Of a stretch of DNA of 64,000 nt, positions 8,234 through 20,305 are shown piece by piece. The translations under genes and the position numbers were made by a program. The DNA comes from Vicinamibacterales bacterium. Lineage in GTDB: Bacteria > Acidobacteriota > Vicinamibacteria > Vicinamibacterales > JAMQPK01. Every line of letters begins with the position of its first letter. The stretch's first letter is position 1. The notes beneath the pieces were generated by a model that saw nothing but the letters and a program-made list of their open reading frames with translations, was not told the DNA's origin and searched no databases. The DNA lies in contig CAWBEG010000001.1 of NCBI GenBank assembly GCA_963787755.1, positions 132,075-196,074 on the forward strand, given 5' to 3'.

Positions 8234-11136
8234 TAGAAGTCCACGTGCATGCCGATTTTGATGAGTCGTCCGCGCTGGATATTGCTCACCGCGCCGTAGC
8301 TCGTCCCCAGCGTGGTGACGCGCGCGATGACCGTCGCCGAATTCATCATGTTGTAAAGGTCGAGGCGCGGCTGAATACACCTTGCCGCCAGTGCGGAAGG
8401 CCTTGCGGAAGCTCATGTCGAGCTGATTCAGGGCCGGCAGACGCGTCGTGCCGCGAGGCTCGACCGTGATGTTCGTCGTTCCCTGCGTCAGCGCCACGGT
8501 GTTGTTCCCCACTGATACCTGCGTCAGCTCCGGAAATCCCTTCTGGTGCTGGAACGTGCCGCTCATCTGAATGGCGAACGGCAGGTCATAGAGTCCGGAC
8601 AGCCGGAACGAGAACGGCGTGTCGTTGCCGACGATGCCGCGGCTGAACTCTTTGGAGTTCGGATTGTTGAGATCGCGTGTTGCCCACCCAGCCAATGGTC
8701 TCGCCGATGCTGATGCCGCCGGTCATCATCCAGCCGTTGCTCATCCGCTTGTCGAGCGTGATATCGGTGCCGTTATAGGTGCTGTTGAGCTCCTCCACGT
8801 TGCCCCAGACGAAGTCCTGCCGGCCGCGCAGCGCAGGGGCCTGGTTGTACACCGTCACCGCCTTGCCGCTGTTCACCTCGGTGACGTTCAGCGGGATATA
8901 CGTCTCCTTCGGGACGGCCACGTTGCGCGATCCGAGGTTGCCCAGTTTGTCGCGGCGCGTGTAGCCGGCACTGACCACCATGTTGAGTGGCAGCTGCCGC
9001 TGAATCTCCGCCGAGAACTCCCGCGCCCACGGCCATTCGTAACCCTCTTCGTACCGGTTGAAGTTGCCGAAGCTGAATCCGCTGGAGGTTCCCAGCTCGT
9101 TGATGCTGCGGCAACAAGTCGCCGTTGAGGTCGCAGCCGATGTTGTTCACCGATGCGCAGTCGGCCTGCGCGCGCCACGGACGCGTGTCGTTCGCGAGAA
9201 AAATCGGATTGACGCGGTCGAGCACGCTGCTGCCGACCGGGATGATGTAACGGTTCGCCGCGAATTTCAGGGCCGTGCGCCCATCGCCGGCGATGTCGTA
9301 GACGGCGGAGAGGCGCGGGCTCACGGCTTTCCAGTCTGGAATACCCGACATCTTGTCGAAGCAGCGTGCCTCGACGAACGGAGTCGCCTCCTGGCAGAGC
9401 GCGCGCGTCCAGCCGTAGTTCGTGTCGAGACGGAGGCCTGCATTGATGCGTCAGCTTGCGGCTCGGGCGCCACTTATCCTGAATGTAGAGACCCTGCTGG
9501 ATGTTCTCCGGAATCGACCGCGCCGGTGTGTTGTAGGTGTTGACCGAGTCCGGGACGCCGGAGCGGTAAACCGCGCGCATGCCGGACGACGAGAAGTACA
9601 GCACCTCGTTCCACGCGTAGTCGAACTGGTATCCAGCCTTGATGTCGTGGGCGGTCGTGAAATAGCTGAGGCTTCCCTGCGCGAACACGCGCGTGTTCGG
9701 CAAATCCCGATAGGTCGGGAGGACGCGCAGCGCCGTGTTGGTGACCTGATCGAAGCCGGCAATCAACCCGTCGGTGCAGCCGGATCTGTCCACGGCCGCG
9801 GAGCAGTTTGGCGAATCGCCCTCTATCGGCCACGGCTGGTAATCGTCGACGCGATTGACGCTGCCCGACACGTCGTAGACCATCCTGGCCGATCGCGTCG
9901 ATGTCCACTTCACCTGATGCAATTGCGGGATACTTCGTGTTCGCCGTTGTCGCGCCCGTCTCTGAAAACGCGGCGCCGCTGACGCGATGGCCGTTCTTCT
10001 TGAACTGAAGGATGTAGAAGTGTGAGAGCTGGCTGTTCGGATTGAGCTTGCCACGACAGCTTGTTCGAGAAATTCCACAACATGTTGTCGTCGGGCACCG
10101 ACGTGCCGTCGGGGTTATAGCTGCCCGACCAGATACTGGAGGATTTGCGAATGGTGGAACGAGGTCGACCACCACAGTTTGTCACTTTATGATCGGACCG
10201 GCCAGCCAGCGCCGTAGTCGAACAGATAACGGATGTCCGCCGTCGGTTTCAGATCGGGCCTCGCGGCCTTCACCGATGCCGGCACGCTTCGCAGCAACTG
10301 CGCGGCGAGCGCATCGTCGACATTGTCGGAGCCCGAGCATGCCGATTCGTGCCGTTGAACACCGTGCCGCCGTGGAATTGATTCGTCCCGTGCGGCTGAT
10401 CATGTTGAACACAAGTCCGCCGGTCGATGCTTCGGCAGGCGATTACCGGCGCGGAAGTTGGCTTCCTCGAACGCGTAGGGATCGAGATAGAAGGTCGCGA
10501 TGCTGCCGCTGCTTTGCGTGCTCGAGACGTTCATCCCATCGATGTCAGTACCCGTTCTCGTTGCTCGTTCCATGAACCGTGATGCCGGACTGCTGGAACG
10601 ATTCGGAGCCGCCGACGTCGACCTTACTCGCCACGACGCTCGGAATGACGCGCGTGATCGACCACACGTCGATGCGGTTGGGCAGCGCTTGGAGAGTTTC
10701 CTGGCTGAGCACGGTCTGCTTCAACGCCGACGTGGTGTCGAGAAGCGGCGCCTCGCCCGACACGACGACGCCTTCTTCGAGTTGTCCGATGGGCAGCGTC
10801 AGGTCCGCGCGCGCCATCGCGTCGGCATTGACGACGATGTTGCGCTGCTCGACGGTCCGGAAACCTGCCATCTGGCCGCGCACGACATAGGTCCCGGGGA
10901 CGACGCGAACGAATTGATAGTTGCCGCGCTCGTCGCTGACGACCTCCTGGTTGCCGCCGAGGGTGCCGCCTTGCGCGCTCGAGAGCGTGAGGGTCACCCC
11001 TGGAAGGACCGCTCCGGACGAATCCAAGACGGTTCCGCCGATTCCACCGACGCCCTGCGCCCACGCGGGCGCTCCAAGAATGAGCCAGGCCGCAAATGAC
11101 GACGAGCCCTCTCGACAGAATGCGTGTCATGGTCAT
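8234..11136 (-). CDS. TonB-dependent receptor with N-terminal carboxypeptidase-regulatory-like domain; many frame breaks
   Basis: Start MTMTRILSRGLVVICGLA with an AAGGAGAG RBS. GTVLDSSGAVLPGVTLTL...GNYQFVRVVPGTYVVRGQMAGF (ORF 10545..11027). Beta-barrel pieces in ORFs 8586..8981, 8773..9351, 8888..10078 and 8042..8695. The C-terminus ...KIGMHVDF ends in Phe. Confidence 0.75.
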
Positions 11137-11219
11137 CGCACTCTCCTTGGAGGATTGGCGGTCGGGTTGTGTTTGGGATCTGGAGTCGAAATATACACGC
11201 CGTGAGAATCTTCCTTTCC

Positions 11220-12133
11220 ATGATGTTGCGGATGTTGGTCGCAGGTCTGTGTCTGGTGGGCTGGTCGTGCGCCGCCACAAATGAGACGACGGCCGCGTCG
11301 AAGACCTCCTTGCGGCTCTCGCGCACCAACGCGAGCGATCTCCAGACCGCACTCGCCCGCATTCCCGACGTCAAGGTCGAGATCGTCAGCGAGGGCGGAT
11401 CGTCGATCACCAGCCTGCTGGACCTGAAGAATGAAAAGACCAACCTCACCGGCACGCTGGCCGACGTCGCGTATCTCGCGTACGCCGGCCAATTGGAGGA
11501 AATGACCGAGCCGTTCGAGCAGCTGCGCGGCATGGCCGTCACCGGGTTGAACACGATGCACCTGCTCGTCGGCGCGCAATGTGCGCGTGAAGACGCTCCG
11601 CGATCTCAGAGGGTTGCGCGTCTCGCTCGGCGCGCCCGGCAGCTCGACCGCGCATATCACGCTGCGCATGCTTCAGGATCTGGGCATCGAGCAGGGGCAG
11701 TTTCACGCCGAGCGCATCCCAAATGCCGAGATCGTGAGCCGTCTGAGCAACGGCGACATAGACGCCGCGTTTTCCGGATTCAGCGTGCCGGGCGCAGTCG
11801 TCATCGCCTCGATGAACCGCGGCGCACGACTCATTCCCATCGACGGCCCGGAGATCGAGGAGATGCGGACGCGGTATCCGTACTTGAAACGCACGTTGAT
11901 TCCGCGCGGCACCTACCCGAACCAGCCAGAACCGATCCGCACGCTCGGCGTCGACACATTGCTCGTGTGCCGCGCCGAGCTCGATGAAGATCTCGTGTAT
12001 CGCCTGCTGGACGCGTACTTCGCCACGCGGCCGGCGATGACGCCGCCCGAACCTCGAACGCGCGCCGGCCACGCCGATTCCTCTTCATCCCGGCGCGGCA
12101 CGCTACTACCGCCAGCGCGAGCTGTCACGATGA
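11220..12133 (+). CDS. TAXI-family TRAP-type solute-binding protein; frame breaks near 11580 and 12050
   Basis: Lipoprotein-like start MMLRMLVAGLCLVGWSCAA. ADVAYLAYAGQ and LRGLRVSLGAPGSSTAHITLRML (ORF 11581..). The C-terminus IPLHPGAARYYRQRELSR is in a third frame. Confidence 0.7.
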
Positions 12134-12160
12134 ACGGTAAACGGTGAACGGCGTACGAGC

Positions 12161-13833
12161 ATGAAAGTCGAATCGGTCATTGCCTGGGGCGGCTGGCTGA
12201 CGGCGTTGCTGGCCGTCGCGGTGTGCCTCGGCATCGCCACGCTGCTCGGCTTCGGGTACCGCGCCACGCGCGAATGGCAGCGCAGCTCGGAGCTGCTGAT
12301 CGAGCGCGACACCGAAGAGAGCGCCGACCTGCTCGTCACGGCGGTCACGCGCGACATGCGCGGCGCGCACTCGCGCGTGCTCGCCAATCGCGACTGGGGC
12401 GAGCTGTCGCTCGAGTCGCTCACCGATACGAGCGATCAGGTGGCGACGGCGTTTGCGCGATATCCCTATCCCGAGTCCTTCTTCAGCTGGCAGAACGACA
12501 GTCCGCGAGGGCGTCGTCTTTTTCAATCGAGCGAATCGCTTCCCGGCGTGGATGCCGCAGCCGACAGAGCCGCAATCGCTATCCCGTGGCGCTCGTGACG
12601 AATCCACCGGAAGGCGACGCGCTGCGCGAGAAGGTGTCGGCGTTCAGTGCCGCGCGATTCCGCTATGCGACCTTCGACATGACGCTCGGCGGGCAGCCGT
12701 ATCAGATCGTCGCGCGGCTCGTCTATACGGACCCGCTGCAGGAAACGCTGCACTCGGTGATCGGCTTCACGGTGAACCTCGCGTGGGTGCGGCAGTCGTA
12801 CTTTCCGGACATCCTCTCGCAGGTGGCGCCCATCGCGACACGCGGCAACAGCCTCGACATCGCCGTTCTTGACGACAGCGGCCAGCGCGTATGGGGACAC
12901 GAAGCGGCAGGGCGCCGCATTGGTCCGCGAGTTTCCGCTGCTGTTCCTCGATCCATCGGTCAGCATGGTCGCGCTCGGATCGAACCCGGCTGTGAGGACG
13001 TGGACGATTCGCACGAGCCAGTCAACCGACTCTGCGCTCGTCGGCGCGGCGCAGGGCGCTGACGAAGCGCTGCTCGCTGCCGCCGCGGCGGCGCTGACGC
13101 TGGCGCTCGGGCTGATTCTCGCGATCCGGGCCGTTCGCGCCGGCGTCGCGCTCACGGCCATGCGCTCCGATTTCGTCTCGTCGGTCACCCACGAGTTGAA
13201 GACGCCCGCTCGCGAACATCCGCGCCATGGCCGACACGCTCGCGCGCAGGCCGATCGGCGGCGAAACCGTGCGCGACTATGCCGAGCTGCTCATGCAGGA
13301 AGCGAGGCGGCTGACGCGGCTGGTCGACAACCTGCTCGCGTATGCGCGCGTGACCGACGTCACCGAGATGTATTCGTTCGAGCCGATCGCGCCGTCGGAG
13401 CTGGTGGACGACGTGCTGCAGAACTTCCGGCATCCGCTGTCCGAGCGCGAGTTCACGGTCGAAGTCGACATGCCGGTCGACCTCCCGCTCGTCAGGGCCG
13501 ACCGCACGGCGATGATGCTGACGCTCGACAACCTGGTCGACAACGCGATCCGCTACTCGCCGCGCGAGCACTTCATCCGCATTTCGGCGCGGCGCGATGG
13601 ACAGAACGTCGTCATCGAAGTGCAGGATCGCGGCGTCGGCATCTCGCCGCGAAGAGCTGTCGATCGTCCGCCGCAAGTTCGCGCGCGGCAGGCTCGCGCG
13701 GGCCGACGGCAGCGGCCTCGGGCTCGCCATCGTCAGCAGAATCGTCGCCGATCACAAGGGCACGTTCGTGCTCGACAGCGAACCGGGCGCGGGAACGACG
13801 GCAAAGGTATATTTACCCATCGCGGGAGACTGA
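12161..13833 (+). CDS. Membrane sensor histidine kinase (HisKA plus HATPase_c); several frame breaks
   Basis: TM start MKVESVIAWGGWLTALLAVAVCLGIA. H-box FVSSVTHELKTP (about 13170). N-box LDNLVDNAIRYSP. G-boxes DRGVGI and GSGLGLAIV (ORFs 12869.., 13227.., 13597..13833). Confidence 0.8.
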
Positions 13834-13838
13834 CATCA

Positions 13839-14543
13839 GTGGCAGAGCGGATCCTCATCGTCGAAGACGACCCGACCCTCAGGCGCGTGCTGCGCGACAA
13901 CCTCATCTTCGAAGGCTATCGCGTCGACGCCGTGTCGGACGGCAAGTCGGCCATCAGCTACGTGCGCGCGTCGACGCCCGATCTGGTCGTGCTCGACCTG
14001 ACGCTGCCCGACTTCGACGGCCTCGATTTGTGCCCGGTGCTGCGGCAATCGGGCAAAGTGCCCATCATCATTCTGTCGGCGCGCGGCCAGAAGGCAGACA
14101 AGCTGAAGGGGCTGAAGCTCGGCGCCGACGATTACATCACGAAGCCGTTCGACCTGCAGGAGCTGCTCGCGCGCGTCAGCGCCGTGCTGCGGCGCGCGCA
14201 TCCCGCGCTCGAGCGCCTCCTCATCGGGAAGCTCGTCATCGACTTCCGCTCGCAGCGCGCGAGCTGCGACCAGGCGCCGGTGCACCTGACGCACCGCGAG
14301 TTCGAGCTGCTGCGCTATCTCGCCGAGCGGCGCGAGAAGGTCGTGCACCGCGAGGAGCTGTTGCGGGAAGTGTGGGGATACATCGACACGAACGTCACGA
14401 CCCGATCGGTCGATCACGCCATCGTGCGGCTGCGAAAAAAAATCGAGCCCGACCCGCACCATCCGGAGTTCATCCGGACGGTGCATGGCGATGGGTACTG
14501 TCTGAGTGCTACGCAAATCGAGGAGCGTAGGTGTTACGGGTAA
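13839..14543 (+). CDS. OmpR-family response regulator (receiver plus winged helix)
   Basis: GTG start; ILIVEDDPTLRRVL, DLVVLDLTLPDFDG, KLGADDYITKPF, LTHREFELLRYL, IRTVHGDGY. Intact frame (tail of ORF 13227..14543). Confidence 0.9.
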   Translation: MAERILIVEDDPTLRRVLRDNLIFEGYRVDAVSDGKSAISYVRASTPDLVVLDLTLPDFDGLDLCPVLRQSGKVPIIILSARGQKADKLKGLKLGADDYITKPFDLQELLARVSAVLRRAHPALERLLIGKLVIDFRSQRASCDQAPVHLTHREFELLRYLAERREKVVHREELLREVWGYIDTNVTTRSVDHAIVRLRKKIEPDPHHPEFIRTVHGDGYCLSATQIEERRCYG

Positions 14544-14582
14544 CTGAAGATCTAGAGATCTTAGATCTTAATCTCTAGTTAC
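14540..14582. repeat. Palindromic element GTAACT-(AGATCT-type units)-AGTTAC between convergent genes
   Basis: GTAACTGAAGATCTAGAGATCTTAGATCTTAATCTCTAGTTAC. It overlaps the regulator stop and ends 6 nt before the opposing stop. Confidence 0.75.
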
Positions 14583-14587
14583 CTGCA

Positions 14588-15555
14588 TCAGTCCTGCGGT
14601 TGTTCCAGCAGCGACGTGAACTGATAGCCGCTGATCGCGAGACGGCACGACGGTCCGGGGCCCGCAAATCTCGTCGCATGCCACGTCGACGCCGGGCGCA
14701 TACACAACGTCCCCTTCGTTCGACGTGAAGTCCCCCACCGTCTCGATGTTGTGGCGGATCTGCCCCTTCATGATGACCCACCACTCGGCCGTGCCGACGT
14801 GGAAGTGTCCTTTGTCGTTCGGGATTGTACGGCGGCAGATTCTTCTCGTAGCCCCAGATAGCCTGCGCCCACATGTGATCGTCCTGCACGACGTTCTGTC
14901 CGGCGAACTTCGGATCTTTCTCCGCATCCCACAGATTGAAGTGCGGCTTGTTGTTGCCCGCGTAGACGCCCGCACCGAATGTCGTGCCGATCTTCATCAT
15001 CGTGTGGCCGGGCGCCTGCGGCGGCCGAGGATCGCTCACCGGAACCAGCGTCTTGAAGTTCGCCTGATTCGCGTCGACCCAGAGCGCCGGCGCCGTGCCG
15101 ATCACTTCGGCTGAATACATCGTCTTCTTCGGGATGTTCACGACCGATCCGCGCTTGGCGAGAATCGGCTCGGGCTGACCTTCGAGCGTGAAGCGCATCT
15201 CTCCTTCGACGACGACGAAGAACTCGCGCGTGTCCGGGCGCATGCGCGACGTGATTTTCGTGCCGGGCGCGCCCTGGTTGTACGTCGAGTGGTAGTTCTC
15301 GTCGTCGACGACCACTTCGGTCCAGTTCGCCTGGCCTTTGTGGCGCGCCTTCAGATCGGTCAGCTTGATGTGCACCTTGTTCTTGCCGAACTGGGCTGGC
15401 TTGTCCTTGTTGACCCACCATTGCCGCGGAGGCGGCGCCTGACCCCGGCCGGTTGCGGGCTGCTGCGCTGCGGCGCCTCCCTGCGTGAACACGGCGGATG
15501 CGCCGCTGAAGACAAGGGCGACGGCGACCGCCAGTGGTAGGTGCAAACGTCTCAT
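14588..15555 (-). CDS. Secreted bicupin-like protein; frame breaks near 14820 and 14690
   Basis: Signal peptide MRRLHLPLAVAVALVFSGASAVFTQG. Cupin strands REFFVVVEGEMRFTLEG and GHFHVGTAEWWVIMKGQIRHNIE. The C-terminus WHATRFAGPGPSCRLAISGYQFTSLLEQPQD is in a third frame. Confidence 0.6.
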
Positions 15556-15616
15556 GAGCCCACTCCTTATATGAGATGGATTTTTTGCGGGATGCGAGAG
15601 CAGACAATACCGCCGA

Positions 15617-15675
15617 GAGGGGTAAAGGGCAAGGGGTGAGGGGCAACACCTTACCCCTTACCCCTTACCCCTTCT
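15617..15675. repeat. Heptamer-built hairpin (GGGGTAA AGGGCAA GGGGTGA GGGGCAA versus 3-4x CCTTACC)
   Basis: The right arm overlaps the last codons and stop (15651-15653) of hrpB. Confidence 0.85.
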
Positions 15676-17998
15676 CTTGTCGTCCGGTGCGTCGGCTGTG
15701 CCGTCCAGGGATCTTCGGGCCAGGGGTGCTTCGGATAGCGGCCCCGCAATTCCTTGCGCACCTCGGGATACGTCCGCTCCCAGAAGCTTCGCAGATCTCT
15801 CGTCGTCTGCACCGGCCGGCCGTTCGGCGCGAGCAGGTGAAACGTGACGGGTACGCGCGCAGTCCCGACAGTCGGCGATTCCGCCAGGCCGAACAGCTCC
15901 TGGAGCTTCACCGATGCCGACACCGATCCGTCGTCGGCGTAGTCGAGCGCCATGCTGCGGCCGCTCGGCACGACGATCGACGCGGGCGCGCGATCGGCGA
16001 GCGACCGCTTCAGATCGAAATGGAAGATGCGCTTCGAGATCGATCTCGCTCGACTCGTCCGCGCCGACGCTGCAGCCTGACTGACGAGCGCGCGCAGGTC
16101 GACGTCGATGCCGGCAAATCGCAAACGTCGAAGGAGCTGCGTCGTCGCGGCGTCGTGCTCGCGCGCGAGCCACGCCTCGGCGAGGAGTGACGCGGCCGCC
16201 AGGGTGTCGACGGGTACCGGCGTTTCGCTGAGCACGATGGCATCGTAGCGCTCGACGCGCGCCGCACGCGCGCGGCCGCTCTCCGCGTCGAACCGGTGCT
16301 CGATTGACGGTCGACGTCGGCTGAATCCACTCGCGCTCGACCGGGCTGGCCGCAGCGGATTCTCGACTCGCTGATTCCCTCGCGCTCTGCCGCCACGACA
16401 TCCAGCGCCACGATGTAATCGCCGTCAACGTCTGCAGCCTCGCGCGCGAGCGCCGCACCGTGACCGCTGGCAAGGAGAAACCGGTCGTGGAAACCGGGCC
16501 GGCGCTTCGCAAGCCGATCGGCATAGCCGGTGAAGAGCGCATGACGCAGCGACTCGTCAGTGATGTGCGCCGCAACGTCGCCGCCAAGCGCGTTGCTCGC
16601 AATCCGCTGCAGCTCCTGCGCGATCTGGCGCACCGCCGCACCTGTCGCACCCGACGCACCCATCGCACCCATCGCACCCATCGCACCCGTCGCACCCATC
16701 GATAGCGTCGCGCACGCGGCCGCGGCTTCTGGCGCGCCGCGGCCGTCGATCAGAATCCGCGCGAGGCGCGGATGAAGGGGAACGCGCTGCAGCTGGCGGC
16801 CGAGCGCCGTGATGCGCGCGCCGCCGCCGTCGCCATCGATCGCACCGAGCCGGTGCAGCAGGCGAAGCGCCGGCGTGAATGCGATCGGCAGACGGCGCTT
16901 CGAACCAGTCGAACGACAGCGGATCTGCTCCCCATGCCAGCAGGTCGAGCACGGGCGCGGCAAGATCGACTCTCGCGATCTCCGGTTCGCGATGCGGGCG
17001 CAGCCGGTCGCGGGCATCCCACAACCGCCGGACGAGGCCGGGACCCAATCGCGCCGCACGGCCCGCCCGCTGATCTGCCGAGTCCAGCGTGATGCGCTCG
17101 AGCGTGAGGCTGTCGATACCGCGATCGGCGTCATAGCGCGCCACCTTCACCTGTCCCGTGTCGATGACGGCCGACACGCCCGGCACCGTCAGCGATGTTT
17201 CTGCGATGTTCGTGGCCAGGATGATGCGCCGCCGATCGACGGCGCGAATCGCCGCATCCTGCGCGTCGCCGTCGAGCGACCCGTGCAGCGGAACGATCTC
17301 GACACCGGACGAAGTAGGCGATCGACGAGAGATCGGCATGCGCTCGCTCGATCTCGCGCGCGCCTGGCAGAAAACACAGGATCTGTCCGGTCGTTCTCGG
17401 CAGCACATTGCGCACGGCTTCGACGATCGAGCTCCCCTTCGCCGTACTCGATTGTGAGCGGGTGCAGGGCGCCGGGCACGTTCACGACGGGCGCATCGCC
17501 GAGAAAGCGCGCGACCGCTTGGACGTCGAGCGTCGCCGACATCACGACGATGCGCAGATCGTCGCGCGCGAGCCACGCCTGCCGCGCGAGCGCAAGCCCG
17601 AGGTCGGCATGAATGCTTCGCTCGTGAAATTCGTCGAGGATGATCGTCGCGAAATCCGAGAGCAGCGGATCCTGCTGAAGGCGCGCCGTCAGAATGCCTT
17701 CGGTGACGACGAGGAGCCGCGTGTCTCGCGTGAAACGCTTTTCGAATCGGATCTGCCAGCCGACTTCGCGGCCGAGCGTCCACTCGCGTTCTTCTGCGAT
17801 GCGCCGCGCAACGGCGCGCGCAGCCACACGGCGCGGCTGCAGCAGAATGACAGGTCCGGCATCGATCAGCGCAGGTGGAATGCGCGTGGTCTTGCCGGCG
17901 CCGGGCGACGCAGACAGCACGACCGCCCTGCGTCGCGCGAGCGCGTCGCGAACATCCGCGACGTGCGCGTCAATAATCAGCGGGAGGAGCGGTTTCAA
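15651..17998 (-). CDS. hrpB: ATP-dependent RNA helicase HrpB (DEAH-box); several frame breaks
   Basis: SASPGAGKTTRIP (Walker A) and ILDEFHERS (ORF 17189..18181). Helicase C and HA2 parts in ORFs 16557.. and 16010... HrpB C-terminal domain VPVTFHLLAPNGRPVQTTRDLRSFWERTYPEVRKELRGRYPKHPWPEDP (ORF 15651..16235). The TTG start at 17998 is tentative. Confidence 0.85.
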
Positions 17999-19981
17999 CG
18001 GCCTGAGCGGTGAAGCCGCGTGCGTCGAGCAGGGCCTGGATGTCCGGATCGCGGCCACGGAATCGCCGGTAGGCTTCGGCCCGATCGATCGAATTGCCGT
18101 CCGACAGGATGTGCGTGCGAAGGCGCTCGTTGGCGTCGGCATCCCACGGCCCGCCGGCCTCGACGAACGCCTGCCACGCATCGGCGGCCATCACGTCCGA
18201 CCAGAGGTAGCTGTAGTAGCCGGCGGAGTACCAGTCGCTGCCGAACAGGTGATCGAAGTGCGGCAGGCGGTGCCGCATCACGACTTCGCGCGGCATGCCG
18301 CCGACGCGTGCGAGCGCTTCCTGCTCGAACGTCGCGATGTCGTCGACGCCGTCGGGGCGCATGTGCAGGTCCATGTCGACAATCGCCGCCGAGAGGTATT
18401 CGAGCGTCGCGTACCCCTGATTGAACTTGCTCGACCGCTCGATCTTCTCGACGAGCGATTGCGGCATCGGCTCGCCTGTCTGGTAGTGGCGCGCGAAACG
18501 ATCGAGCAACCTCGCGGTTCAGCAGCCAGCGCTCGTTCAGCTGCGACGGCAGCTCCACGTAGTCGCGAGGGGTGTCACGCGAGACCTCGGTAGCGGATGT
18601 TCTGCAGCATCGCGTGCAGCGCATGGCCAAACTCGTGAAACAGCGTCTTCGCATCGGCCAGCGAGATGAGTACCGGCTCGCCGGGCGCGCCCTTCACGAA
18701 GTTGTTGTTGATCGACGCAATCGCCGTCACCGGCCCGTCCATCGTGTGCTGCGAGCGATAGCTCGACGCCCACGCGCCAGAGCGCTTTCCCGTTCTGCGC
18801 GAAGTTGTCGAGATAAAACAGCGCGCGATGCGCGCCGGTGTTCTTGTCGACGACCTCCCAGACGCGCACGTCGGGATGAAACACGGGAACGGTGCCGGTG
18901 ATCTCCCTGAACGCGATGCCGAACCGGCGCTCGGCCGACCACAGTGCCGCGGCCACCATGTTGTCGAGCTCGAAGTACGGCCTGATTTCCGCTTCGTCGA
19001 GATCGTATTTCGCCTTGCGCACCTTCTCGGCGAAATAGAGGCAGTCCCAGGGCTCGATCGTGATGCCGGGCTCCTCGCGATCGGCGATCGCCTGCATCTC
19101 GGCAACTTCGGCCTTCACGCGCGACGACGACTGCGGGCCACACGCGTAGGAGAAACGCCTGCGCCGTTTTCGGATCGGCCGCCATCGTATCGGCCATGCG
19201 CCAATGCGCATGGCTCGGGAACCCGAGCAGCCTGGCGCGCTCGGCACGCAGCCTGACGATGGCCGTGATGGTCGCCTTGGTGTCGTTCGCGTCGCCGTTG
19301 TCGCCGCGGCTCTTGAACTTCCTCCAGACGATCTCGCGAAGGTCGCGGCGCGGCGAGGACGTCAGAAACGGATCGACGCTCGATCGCGTGTTCACGATCG
19401 TTCGGCCGCCTTCGACGAGCGTCGAGGTGTTCTCGTCTGCCAGGACCTTTGCGCGGAACTCGGCAAACCGCGCGGCCAGCTCCTGGTTGATTTCGGACAG
19501 CCGCTGCTTCTCCGCCGCATTCAACTGCGCTCCGCGGCGCACGAAGTGCTCGTACATGCGCGTGACGAGCCGCACCTGATCGGGCTCGAGCTGCGATCCC
19601 GGCAGCGAGTCGTAGACGGCTTCGATTCGCTTGAAGAGTCCCTGATTGAACACGATGGCGTCAGCGGCCGCGGCCAGCTTCGGCTGCCACTCGCGCTCGA
19701 GCGCCTGATATGCGGGATTGGTGACGTTCTCGCGCGCCACGCCGAACATGCGCTCGACGCGATCGAGCGTGCGGCCCGCGCGCTCCATGGCGGCGATCGT
19801 ATTTTCGAAGGTCGGCGCCTCGCGGTTCGCAACGATGGCGTCGATCTCGCTGCGCTGTTCTGCGATCGCCGCCTCGAACGCGCCCGGAAAATGCTCGGGG
19901 GCCATGCGATCCCACGGCGGCACGCCGCCGTACGGGCCCGCCCATGGAGCGATCAACGGATTATCGGACACGAAGCGGATA
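17970..19981 (-). CDS. dcp: M3-family peptidyl-dipeptidase Dcp / oligopeptidase; frame breaks
   Basis: HEFGHALH zinc motif (ORF 18575..19105). N-terminal part SDNPLIAPWAGPYGGVPPWD... in ORF 18727..20316. C-terminal part YATLEYLSAAIVDMDLH...RFRGRDPDIQALL in ORF 17970..18509. Confidence 0.85.
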
Positions 19982-20280
19982 TTACCGCGACTCGAGCGGA
20001 CCGTGACGGCTGTTCGAACGCGGGCGTGGAAAGGCCCACATCGCTTCGCATCCGTCGCAGGCGAAATACACCTCGTCGGACGTGCGGCGGATACTGCGCA
20101 CGTATGCGTCGGTCGAGCAGTAGGTGCAGGTCGGCGCCGGCAGGCGATCGGGCGCTGCGCCGTTCCGACGGATTCGGGACGGGCAATCGCGCGGCGATCC
20201 GTCCGCGTCGCGGCCGCGACGACGGCAGGAGGCTCGCCCCAATCGTGACGGCAGGCGGTGCAGAAGAGCGTGGTCATCAT
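19982..20280 (-). CDS. Small zinc-ribbon protein (paralog-like of 2739..2966); one frame break
   Basis: MMTTLFCTACRHDW... in the 20316 frame, then ...TCTYCSTDAYVRSIRRTSDEVYFACDGCEAMWAF in ORF 19982..20242. Its stop abuts the dcp start. Confidence 0.35.
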
Positions 20281-20305
20281 CACACCGCGGTGTGTGACGA
20301 GCACC

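Noticed and set aside
12131-12157. GAACGGT AAACGGT GAACGGC triple heptamer after the TAXI gene as another member of the hairpin class.
   Set aside because: Only one arm is present, with three units and no complementary partner within 100 nt. It is too short to separate from chance, though it may be a nascent array.
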